From Octopus bimaculoides (Eukaryota), in assembly GCF_001194135.2 (NCBI RefSeq), contig NC_069003.1, forward strand, positions 11,288,121-11,348,519: a DNA stretch of 60,399 bases. The letters run 5' to 3'. The notes under the pieces are model-generated. The model ran no database searches, was not told where the DNA came from, and saw nothing but the letters and a program-made list of their open reading frames with translations. Positions 37,196 to 48,720 of the stretch are shown here, piece by piece. Every line of letters begins with the position of its first letter. Positions within the stretch are counted from its first letter, which is position 1. The position numbers and the translations under genes are program-made.

Positions 37196-38589
37196 TTAAA
37201 GATCTCTCAGAACCGAGTATATCTTGGTAGGTTGTACCACGCTTTCACTAATCGTTACATGTGCCTACGTAACCATGAGCAGAGATAGACACACACTTGG
37301 CCTTCCCACTTTTAACCTAGTGAAACAGCCAAGCTGTGACAACAGTAGAGAGGGAGGGAGGGGGAGAGAGAGAAAGATAGACAAAGGGAGGGAGGGCAAA
37401 GAGAGGAGGGGGTTGTCTCAACACAAGGCTGTACTCATATTAGCTGCTCTTTCTTTTACCTTTTATTTATTCCAGTCATTGGACTGTGGCCGGCCATGTT
37501 GGGCCACCACCTTGAAGGGTTTCACTCAAGCAAAATCAAACCCCAGTACTTATTCTATTAACCCCTGTTACTGAACCACTAAGTTATGGAGAACGTAAAG
37601 AAACCAATAGTGATTGTCATATGGTGCAGGAAATTACAAAGATAGACAGACACACACACATACACAGTGAGTTTCTGCACAGTTTCCACCTGCCAGATTC
37701 ACCCACAAAGCATGGGGCAGTCTGGGACCATAGTAGAAGGCGCTTGTGCAAGATGCTGCACAGCAGAGGAACTGAACCCAAGACCCTGTGGTTGGCAAAC
37801 AAACTTCTTAACCACACAACCATCCCTACCTATGGTCCTACAGGGTCCTTGAAACAGAGGTAAAGAAAGGAAGGAAGATGATGTCCTCAAACTTGAGAGC
37901 TAGCTGAAATGACTAAACTAATTTGCATATTATGCTTTTGTTAATGGTGTGGTAACTGGAAAATAATTAATAAGAGGGTATAATTGAGAAAAACAATCTC
38001 ACAGTGTTGGCATGATTCTCCTCCTGAATGACAAACTATATTTCCATCTAGTTGGTTATTTAGAACTTTTCTATCTCTCATTCTAGCACTCTCTCTTTCC
38101 CCTAACTTTGCAATCTCTATTTCTGTCTTTAAACTATACAGTCTCACTGTCTCTCTGTTTGTCTGTATATCTATGTCTCTGTCTTTCTATCTTTCTATCT
38201 GTGAAGGCACATGGCTTAGTGGTTAGGGCATTCGGCTCGCAATCGTAAGGTCGTGAGTTCAATTCCCGGCGACGTGTTGTGTCCTTGAGACACTTTATTT
38301 CATGTTGCTCCAGTCCACTCAGCTGGCAAAAATGAGTAGTACCTGTATTTCAAAGGGCCGGCCTTGTCACATTCTGTGTCATGCTGAATCTCCTTGAGAA
38401 CTACATAAGGGGTACACGTGTCTGTGGATTGCTCAGCCACTTGCATGTTAACTTCATGAGCAAGCTGTTCCATTGATCCTATCAGCTAGGACCCTCGTCA
38501 TCGTAACCAACAGACTGCTCCTTTATCTTTCTATCTGCCGCTGTCTGTCTTTCCAACTGCTTGCGTTAATCTATCTGCCTGCCTGCCTG

Positions 38590-38945
38590 TCTGTCTGTTC
38601 TAATCTATATTTCCCTGTCCTAATCCGTCTCTGCCTGTCCTAATCCATCTCTATCTATTCTAATCCATCTCTGCCTCTCCTAATCTATCTTTGCACGTCT
38701 TAATCCATCTGCCTCTCCTAATCTAGCTATGTGTCTTAATCTGTCTGCCTGTCCTAATTCATCTATTTGTCTCAATAATCCATCTGCCTGTCCTAATCCA
38801 TCTACATATCTTTATCCATTTATTTGTCTCAATACATCTGCCTGTCCCAATTCATCTACCTGTCTTAATCCATCTGCCTACCCTAATCCATTTGTCTGTC
38901 CTGATCTGTCTACCTGTCCTAATCCACCTGCTTGTCTTAATAGAT
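38590..38945. repeat. Degenerate 18-bp minisatellite (TGTCCTAATCCATCTGCC)
   Basis: Roughly 19 diverged units with CCTAAT/CTTAAT periodicity. Confidence 0.85.
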
Positions 38946-39005
38946 ATATCTACTTAGCCTAGTCTGTCTGCCTATCTCACCATTATTTCATTTCCTTTAA
39001 CTTAG

Positions 39006-39136
39006 CCTTGGTGTGACCAATTTCCCTCGGAAATCAAAAAAGAAGCCCCCAAGGGAGCAGACATCTGCTGTATTTATCATCCGCCAGAATACTGCTGAAG
39101 AACCCCAGTTTCTGATGAATCAGCGTCCAAAAACTG
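39006..39136 (+). CDS. MUTYH: MUTYH exon (LGVTNFPRKSKKKPPREQ...MNQRPKT-G)
   Basis: GVTNFPRK..KKPPRE and QRP motifs; acceptor ttaacttAG (phase 2), donor G|GTGACT. Confidence 0.9.
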
Positions 39137-39410
39137 GTGACTATTACATTCATATTATTATTATCATTATTATTATTATTGTTGTTGTTGTCAAGGCAGC
39201 GAGCTGGCAGAATTGGTAGCACACTGGACGAAATACTTAGCAGTATTTCACCTGTCATTGTGTTCTGAGTTCAAATTCTACCAAGATCAACTTTTCCTTT
39301 TGTCTTTCCAGGCTTGATAAATTAAGTACCAGTAAAACACTGGGGTTGATGTAATTCACTAGTTCCTTCCCCAAAAATTTCAGACCTTGTGCCTTTAGTA
39401 GAAAGGATTA

Positions 39411-39457
<47 letters not shown>

Positions 39458-40321
39458 GAAAGGATTGAGGTAACTCCTCCTGAAGATATAGAATCAAAAT
39501 TAAAAGAAGAGTGCCATTTGTTATCTAGTGAACAATATTTCAACATCTCGTGTGTCTTCAACTGGTTCAAAAAATAAATTTGTCAATCTACTTCATTTTG
39601 GTTAATATAGAAAGGATTGAGGTAACTCCTCCTGAAGATATAGAGTCAAAATTAAAAGAAGAGTATTATTATTATCATTATTGTTATTATTATTATTATG
39701 TGAGAGAGCAGTGCATGCCATCAAAGTGGCACTGAGGTACAAATATACGAAGCCCATTATACCCATCATGACTACCCGTCCGATAATGGTACACCAGGCA
39801 CATGAATCACAACCATATGTACGCGACATGGTGATCTCATATCAAGATAAACAGCGCATGATCTTGCAGGTGGGGCCCAGTTAGAATTTTCTTCAGGTCA
39901 AGTAGCCCATCCCGCTCAAAAGGTCCCTGAATAAGGTTTGTTTAAGGCTGTTGAGCAAAACACCTATGTTTCCAAAGGTGAATTATTCAAACCCAAAGAA
40001 TTCCTCTCAACACATGGCTATGATGCTCCCCCACTTGGTGAGCTGGCAGAATCATTAGCATGCCGAGCAAAATACTTAGCAGTATTTTGTCCATCTTTAC
40101 GTTCTGAATTCAAATTCCACCGAGGTCCACTTTGCCCTTCATCCTTTGGCAGTCAGTAAAATAAATACCAGTTGAGTACTGAGGTCGATGTAATCAACTA
40201 TACCCGTCCCCCCAAATTTCAGCTCTTCTGCCTATATTCTGCTCAATGTATCAAATATAATTTTATGTGTACGTAAGCATATATGTATGTATATCTTATT
40301 GCTGTATATTTGTTCTTGCAG

Positions 40322-40455
40322 GTCTGTTAGCAGGTCTTTGGGAGTTTCCAACATTTGATGTTAGTGAAGTTGAAAATAACAAGACTCTGTTTTCTAAATT
40401 AGAGGATTTTGGACTCCAAGCGTCGTTACTCGGCAAAAGATTGAAGATTGGAGAT
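40322..40455 (+). CDS. MUTYH: MUTYH NUDIX-like domain exon (GLLAGLWEFPTF...LKIGD)
   Basis: GLLAGLWEFP motif; ttgcAG acceptor and GTGAGT donor. Confidence 0.95.
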
Positions 40456-43400
40456 GTGAGTCTTCCAGATTTTAAACATTTATTTGTGCTTGTGTGTGTG
40501 TGTGTGCATGCGGGCATTCTCTTTATGTTGTTTACAATACACTCAATGTTTCTTTGTGTGAAGAACCTTGGGTAGCAGACTTATTCTGTCTGCAAGTTTA
40601 AATCCTACCATGATCTTTTAGTGGAGTTCTTTGCAATGATTCGAACCAGCTATGTGGTTAAGAAGCTTGCTTCCCAACCACATGATTCTGGGTTCAGTCC
40701 CACTGCATGGTACCTTGGGCAATTGTCTTCTACTATAGCCCCAAGCCAACCAAAATCTTGCGAGGGATTTAGTAATGGGAAAATGAAAAGAAGCCTGTTG
40801 TGTATGTGTGTGTGTGTGAAATAGTTTCATTCAGGTATTAACACTGGGGTTTACACTATTAAACTCCTCCATGGCACAGGTTATCAGATAAGACAATAAT
40901 CTGGAGATGGTTTGTTTTATCAAACACGTTTCAGAACCCACAAATGTCTATGGAGTTTTTTTACAATTACTGATAAGAAGTCTGGAGTGTGCAAGTTTTT
41001 TTTATTGTGTGTGTGTGTGTGTGTTTGTTTGCGCGCGCGCGGTCACGCATATTTCCTTGTTTTGAAATGAGCATTATCATACAAGCAAAATCTTTCATTT
41101 CCAGTCTTCGTTGAAAACGTATCTGCTCATGGGGAAATATTACTTTACTTGGAATCAGGTGGTAGTTAATAGTTACTAAGAAACAGGTGACAGGAATTAC
41201 ATCTGACCATAGAAAATCAGCCTCAATAAATTTTGTCTGGAAAATTGGACATTAAAACGATGACGATCATGTGTGTGTGTGTGTGTGTAATTTACTACAC
41301 TGTAGAAAAAGCATCTAATTTGAAATGTTGGATCAGTGAATCATGTGACTGTTTACTGGATGTCATCTTAATTGCTTTCAAGTTTCTTATTTTCTAGACT
41401 CAGTAAGTCATTCAATATGAATGCCATTCATAAACTGACGGTGGATTCAAATAACTTTATAGAATTTTGTGTGTGAGAGACACATGCGCACACTTCACTT
41501 ATTTCCCTTTACAGCTACAGATTTGCTTATCTCCCTTTACGCACACTTTTTTTTTTTCGCTTACCTCCCTTCTCACAGTTGTTTCTTGTGAATGTCTTCA
41601 AAGATGATTTTCTTTCCCATCATATAGACATTATCAACGTCGCTTTTCACATTCATATCATGGGTTTGTTATATTTCTAATAAAGCTGCATTCCATGCTT
41701 ATTTATCTCTTTTCATCTTTTCTACTTCCGACATGTTTTTGTTCCTAAGATTTATTTCTCCTGTCCATTGTTCGTTAGTTTTGTCCAGTTTTTATTCATA
41801 CTTAATAAATTACTCTGTCCAAGATGATTTCCTTAATATGAAATATCTTACTATTTTTTCTTATTTCAAATGTTGCATATATCGCGTGTGTATGTGCTTA
41901 TTTATATGTATGTATGTATGTGGGTAATCTTCAAGTTTAGGGGGGTAAAAAATAAATAAAAAAAAATATTCAAGGGAAGTAACTGAACGTTTTACCAGTA
42001 TTCTCCGTACTACTCTGTTTATAAATAAATCACACACGTGATTGAATATCATAGTTTCTTATGAGAAATCGAAAATGCCTCGTGGAAGACCGGCTGCACA
42101 ACATCTTATTGTTGCTGAAAACGAAATCCTCAATCTCATCTTATCTACATGAATTTCTATAGCGGAATTCAATCCCAAAAGAAAAAAACATTTGTTTATT
42201 TTTTGGCTGCCATTTCTAAAGTATATAATGTTGAGTAGGTGAATTTCTAGNNNNNNNNNNNNNNNNNNNNNNNNNNNNNNNNNNNNNNNNNNNNNNNNNN
42301 NNNNNNNNNNNNNNNNNNNNNNNNNNNNNNNNNNNNNNNNNNNNNNNNNNNNNNNNNNNNNNNNNNNNNNNNNNNNNNNNNNNNNNNNNNNNNNNNNNNN
42401 NNNNNNNNNNNNNNNNNNNNNNNNNNNNNNNNNNNNNNNNNNNNNNNNNNNNNNNNNNNNNNNNNNNNNNNNNNNNNNNNNNNNNNNNNNNNNNNNNNNN
42501 NNNNNNNNNNNNNNNNNNNNNNNNNNNNNNNNNNNNNNNNNNNNNNNNNNNNNNNNNNNNNNNNNNNNNNNNNNNNNNNNNNNNNNNNNNNNNNNNNNNN
42601 NNNNNNNNNNNNNNNNNNNNNNNNNNNNNNNNNNNNNNNNNNNNNNNNNNNNNNNNNNNNNNNNNNNNNNNNNNNNNNNNNNNNNNNNNNNNNNNNNNNN
42701 NNNNNNNNNNNNGATTCCTGGACCGGGCGACGCATTGTGTTCTTGAGCAAAACACTTCATTTCACGATGCTCCAGTCCACTCAGCTGGCAAAAATGAGTA
42801 ACGCTGCGATGGACTGGCGTTCCATCCAGCTAGGAAGCACGTACGCCATTGAAACCGGGAAACCGGGCCCCTAAGCCTGGTTAGGCTTTAAAAGGGCGCA
42901 TTTATTATTTTATGTATATATATATATATATATATGTGTGTGTTAATTACAATAATCCTTTCTACTAAAGGCACAAGGCCTGCAATTTTGTGAGGTGGGG
43001 GCTAGTCGATTACATTGATCCCAGTGCTTGACTGGTACCCTGAAAGGATGAACGGCAAAGTCAACCTCGAAGGAATTTGAACTATAATAATGATGAACTT
43101 ATTGTATACAGTGCTTAGGTACATACAACTCATTAGAAAAAGTAATCAAAACTGCATAAACAATTGATAGAATATGCACAGTGAATGAGTCTTAAAAAGA
43201 AAGATAAGAAGAAATGGGGGTGGAGGCATTAGGTGTACCATTGGTGAATTTCAGGAAACCGGGAAGTTTTGAAGAATGTATTGTCTCAACAGCTAACAAC
43301 TGATGCAGGGACTCTTTTACTTGTTTCAGTCATTTGACTGCGGACATGCTGGTGCACCACCTTTAGTCGAGCAAATACACCCCAGGACTTATTCTTTGTA

Positions 43401-44363
43401 AGCCTAGTACTTATTTTATTGGTGTCTCTTGCCGAACCGCTAAGTTACGGGGACATAAACACACCAGCATCGGTTGTCAAGCGATGTTGGGGGGAGGGGG
43501 ACAAACACAGACACATATATATATATATATACATATATACGACGGGCTGCTTTCAGTTTCCGTCTACCAAATCCACTCACAAAGCTTTGGTCGGCCCAAG
43601 GCTATAGTAGATGACACTTGCCCAAGGTGCCACGCAATGGGAATGAATCCAGAACCATGTGGTTGGTAAGCAAGCTACTTACCACACAGCCACTCCTGCA
43701 CCTAGTAGGTAGTTCATTCCTTGCTTCTGAGATTGAAACAATGTTTCCAAAAGTCATGGGTGCTGTGTTGTTTTTGATTTTGTAAGCATATTTATGAGTG
43801 TTAGACATGGAATTCAAAAAAGGTGGGTGTCTACCAAATCAGTTGCCAGACACCCAAGCTTTTAATGTGTCCATGCCCAGGGAAGCAAGACGTTCAGAGT
43901 ATGGTAGATGCTTTATGGCTTTTGAAATGCCTATGCCAGTCAAAACGTTGTGCATGACCCATTGCCTCGTCAGCATAAACTTGTTGAAGCATTTTCTGTG
44001 TCTCTGTAGCAGATATCCCAAGTTTAACACAAAATTTCACGTTGGCTATTTGTTCCTGTCCATGACAAAATCACAGTCGACAGCATACACATGATCACAA
44101 AAACACAAATTTCATAACCTGTGAAGTAAACACAGCAATGTCACTCGGCACACAGCTTCATGAAGATCACTGCATGCTGCCATCTGTTGGCGCACTGCAG
44201 AACTAATCCAGGAAGTTTTTGATACCACCTCATACATATATATATATATAACATTATCTGATGTATATTTAACACAGCAGGGAAATATGGCTGCTGCCTC
44301 TGCAACCACATAGAAGCCGCCATTTTCCCTGTTGTAATTTTCTTCTCCTTTGCATCATTCCAG

Positions 44364-44525
44364 GTGATCCACATCTTCTCTCACATCCATCAAACCTATT
44401 GTGTTGAAGTCATTGACTACACCAGTAAATCTACATCTGACCACTGTCCAGTAGGCACAGCCGTTGTCCAGTGGATGACTGCAAAAGAGCTGCAGACATC
44501 AGCCATATCGACTGCCATGAGAAAG
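44364..44525 (+). CDS. MUTYH: MUTYH exon (VIHIFSHIHQTY...QWMTAKELQTSAISTAMRK)
   Basis: H.FSHI..TY and A.STAM.K motifs; ttccAG acceptor and GTGAGC donor; 162 nt. Confidence 0.93.
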
Positions 44526-44605
44526 GTGAGCTGTTAAAAGAAACTTGGTTTTGTTTTTGTTTTTAATTTAACATGCACTCACTCATTCCTCCCTCCCTAC
44601 TCTGA

Positions 44606-44649
<44 letters not shown>

Positions 44650-45353
44650 TACTCTAGTGGAAAACTTCAATTTCACACTCTTGCACACATATTCCTTCAT
44701 CTTCACTCTCTCTCTCTCTCGCTCTCATCATCATCATCATCATCATCATCATCGTTTAACATCCGCTTTCTATGCTAGCATGGGTTGGACGATTTGACTG
44801 AGGACTCGTGAACCAGATGGCTACACCAGGCTCCAGTCTGATCTGGCAGAGTTTCTACAGCTGGATGCCCTTCCTAATGCCAACCACTCCGAGAGTGTAG
44901 TGGGTGCTTTTATGTGCCACCGACATGAGGGCCAGTCTTGCAGTACTGGCAACGGCCACACTCAAATGGTGTTTTTTACATGCCACCTGCACAGGAGCCA
45001 GTCCAGCGGCACTAGCAATGACCTCGCTCGAATGTCTTTTCACGTGCCAGTGAGGCAATGCTGGTAACAATCACGCTCAAATGGTGTGTGTGTATATATA
45101 TATATATATATATNNNNNNNNNNATATATATATATATATATATATATACCCACACACACTCACATACATATATGTTTGTGTGTGTCTTGTGTGTTACTGT
45201 CTCTTGGATTTCAGGTGATAGTTATAAATGAACGACACCATCATTCAAGCAATGTCCTTTGTCTCCAGTTTTCCTTGGAAACATCTCTGATTATGGAGAT
45301 ACATTATCGTTTTGTCAAGTGGTGTGTAGAACAACAAACGCAGACACAAAGAA

Positions 45354-45390
<37 letters not shown>

Positions 45391-45613
45391 ACAGGTTTCT
45401 TTCAGTTTCCGTCTACCAAATCCACTCACAAGGCTTTGGTTGGGCTACAGTAGAAGACACTTCCATGCAGTAGGACTGAACCTGGAACCATGTGGTTGGG
45501 AAGCAAAATTCTTACCACATGTGTAATTTTCTTCACATATTGGCACTGGGGTTTCGTTTAATATATTTCTTTTCTTAACTATTTCTCTTAATTATATTTT
45601 TGTTTTTTCTAAG

Positions 45614-45622
45614 GTTTTCAAA
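45614..45622 (+). CDS. MUTYH: Start of MUTYH penultimate exon (VFK...), remainder lost in N gap
   Basis: A long pyrimidine tract, then ctaAG|GTT TTC AAA runs into the gap at 45623. The human protein continues AMKK|VFRVY. Confidence 0.75.
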
Positions 45623-46161
45623 NNNNNNNNNNNNNNNNNNNNNNNNNNNNNNNNNNNNNNNNNNNNNNNNNNNNNNNNNNNNNNNNNNNNNNNNNNNNNN
45701 NNNNNNNNNNNNNNNNNNNNNNNNNNNNNNNNNNNNNNNNNNNNNNNNNNNNNNNNNNNNNNNNNNNNNNNNNNNNNNNNNNNNNNNNNNNNNNNNNNNN
45801 NNNNNNNNNNNNNNNNNNNNNNNNNNNNNNNNNNNNNNNNNNNNNNNNNNNNNNNNNNNNNNNNNNNNNNNNNNNNNNNNNNNNNNNNNNNNNNNNNNNN
45901 NNNNNNNNNNNNNNNNNNNNNNNNNNNNNNNNNNNNNNNNNNNNNNNNNNNNNNNNNNNNNNNNNNNNNNNNNNNNNNNNNNNNNNNNNNNNNNNNNNNN
46001 NNNNNNNNNNNNNNNNNNNNNNNNNNNNNNNNNNNNNNNNNNNNNNNNNNNNNNNNNNNNNNNNNNNNNNNNNNNNNNNNNNNNNNNNNNNNNNNNNNNN
46101 NNNNNNNNNNNNNNNNNNNNNNNNNAACCTTAACATTTAGCATATGTCTTGCTTTTGTATG

Positions 46162-46256
46162 TTGGTTCCCTGACGATGAATATATGTGCAATTCCAGCAC
46201 CTCTTATTTCTTTGGAGTAAAGTGCACATATATTTTGAAACATATGTAGGAATTAA
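46162..46256 (+). ncRNA. Type I hammerhead ribozyme motif in a Penelope-like fragment
   Basis: CTGACGA core (46170-76), 13-bp helix II, GAA plus palindrome ACATATGT, GUA cleavage triplet, and 8-bp helix I TTGGTTCC/GGAATTAA. Confidence 0.75.
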
Positions 46257-47362
46257 AGGAACTTATTGTTTATATGCGTTTTGCTCCATTTATTATTATT
46301 CTTCATATCTACTCAAAATACATCGCTTTAACTTGGTATTTCTACCTATAAAACGGGTGTGATATCCTGTTTTTTTTTGTGTGATTTTTGCTACCCATGG
46401 TAACTATTAACATATTTACATTATCAAAGTTTTTTCAACTGAGATAATATTAATATATACATAAATTTAGATGAGTTTAACACAGGAAGTTTGTAACACA
46501 GAACCAAGTGTCAGTCTTAGGTGAGTCACAAAATGCAGACTCATAGAGTCATACAATATTTAAACCATTTGTTATCATATTTCTATAGAAATACACTCCA
46601 TTTGTTTCACTTAGTTTGGAAAATAATGAAAAATTTAATAGAATACCTTTATCATCACACTAAACTCCGCTTGCGAAGACTTGTTGAGGCAAGTGAAATC
46701 GAACTAAATTCGACGACTGGCACTCGTGCCAACGTCGTCTCCTTCATTGGACACGAAACTCAGCTTGCAAAGACTTATTGGGGCAAGCGAATAGCAAAAT
46801 CGGGATAGCACCTGTGCCCAGCGTCGCCTTTCTGGCACTTGTTCCCGTGACTTGTGTAAGGATTTTCGAGCGAGATCGTTGCCAGTGCCCCTGGACTGGC
46901 TCTTGTGCGGGTGGCACATAAAATACACCATTTTGAGCGTGGCCGTTGCCAGTACTGCCTGACTGGCGTTCATGCGGGTGACACGTAAAAGCACCCACTA
47001 CACTCTCGGAGTGGTTTGCGTTAGGAAGGGCATCCAGCTGTAGAAACTCTGCCAAATCAGATTGGAGGCTGGTGTTGCCATCCGGTTTCACCAGTCCTCA
47101 GTCAAATCGTCCAACCCATGCTAGCATGGAAAGCGGACGTTAAACAATGATGATGATGATGATTAGTGAGCTGGTATTTGGGACATAAATTACCATTTAA
47201 ATCCCTTTAAAACGGGAAGTTTGTATCATAGAACCAGGGGGTCGGTCTCAGGGTGGTTGGTGTTATCAAAAGAAGTTAATTAATTAGCAGACATCTGGTT
47301 GACGTCTCTTTCCCCTCTCTTTCTCTCTCTCTTTATTTCTTTTTATTTCTTCTTCACTGCAG

Positions 47363-47461
47363 CTCCCCAAGAAACCATCAACAAAACACAAAATTGCTGA
47401 AGATGAAAGACAAACAAAGCGACAAAGATCTCTAATGGATTCCTTCTTCAAATCTTCTTAG
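47363..47461 (+). CDS. MUTYH: MUTYH terminal exon (LPKKPSTKHK...KRQRSLMDSFFKSS*) with PIP-like motif
   Basis: Pyrimidine tract plus ctgcAG; basic stretch then xxLMDSFF resembling the human QQVLDNFF PCNA-binding box; TAG at 47459-47461; AATAAA at 47475-47480. Confidence 0.8.
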   Translation, partial: LPKKPSTKHKIAEDERQTKRQRSLMDSFFKSS

Positions 47462-47942
47462 ACCCCTAACACTTAATAAAAATCAACCCATACACACAAA
47501 TACACACACACACACACACATATCTTGTATCTTTTATTTCTTTTACTTGTTTCAGTCATTAGACTGCGGCCATGCTGGGGCACCACCTTGAAGAATTTTA
47601 GTCAAACGAATTGACTCCAGTACTTATTTTTTTTTAAGCTTATGCTATCAGTTCTTTTGCTGAATTGCTAAGTTACAGGAACATAAACACACCAACACTG
47701 GTTGTCAAGCAGTGATGGCAAACAAACACAGACACAAAGTCACACACCCAGATATATGCATGTGCCAGGTTTCCTTCAGTTTCCATCTACCAAATCCATT
47801 CACAAGGCTTTGGTCGGTCCAAGGCCATAGGAGAAGACTCTTGCCCAAAGTGCCATACAATGAGACTGAACCCTGAACCATGTGGTTGGGAAGCAAGATT
47901 CTTACCATACACCTAAGCCTATATATATATGTNNNNNNNNNN

Positions 47943-47979
<37 letters not shown>

Positions 47980-48194
47980 TACACACACACAAAGAGGTGC
48001 TGAAAAGTTCCTGGCTTTAAGGGTATCATGAAAGGCCTTGTTGGAGGCCCAACCTTCCAAGTTCTTTTACAGGGCTTAGAAAAGCTGAAGAACCACTGCA
48101 ATAAGTGTGTAAATCTGAGAGGGGAATGTGTTGAATAAAATCATAATTAACTCACAAATGGTTTTTATCCTACCATTAATGGCATCATATTTTT

Positions 48195-48720
48195 TGTTAG
48201 GTCGTGATATGTCAATCCCTATCGTATCCTGCTCAATTAGAATTTCATTGGATGCCTAGTTTTTTTTTTAAAAGCCTGATGTCGGCCTTTGAGAAAATTG
48301 TTTGTTCTTGGCAAATTATCATGAACTCAAATATGGACAGACCACAAATCAACATCAAAAACTGATATTCTTCAATGCCCTCTCTGGGCTATTCCTGACC
48401 ACGTACTTTCAAAGTAAACAAGATAATCACTTAACTCATCAATTTCAGCATCTAAGGAATTCACCAATTTGTAAAATAATTCATGCACATCTTCAGGTGG
48501 GGCAAAGGCAAGTGCTTGCAACTGCTTGATGAAAAGGGCATTACTGGTTTCAACATACCAATGCTGCAGTCCACAAGATGATATTTCCCAAAATGGAAGA
48601 AACAACCCGACACATTGGGTAAGTTCTTCTTAATGCTATTTATTGTTGATAGTTATTGAATCCGGATCCTGAACACCTTTGCTTTTTAAAAATATAAACA
48701 TTTCGTCATATGTTTTCTCT
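48195..48720 (-). mobile_element. Degraded MULE/Mutator transposase fragment
   Basis: GCFFHF motif followed by LQALAFAPPEDVHELF...DYLVYFESTWSG. Confidence 0.75.

Noticed and set aside
38963-39005. Upstream extension of the exon reading CLPISPLFHFL*LSLGV, with TAA edited to TGG supplying the missing linchpin Trp
   Set aside because: It gives only CxC with the upstream Cys, Trp spacing differs from human, two edits are needed, and the sequence is better explained as the branch point and pyrimidine tract of the 39006 acceptor.
45215-45391. Candidate penultimate MUTYH exon (VIVINERHHH...)
   Set aside because: Matches a repeat also seen near 27365; the acceptor at 45614 giving VFK fits homology better.
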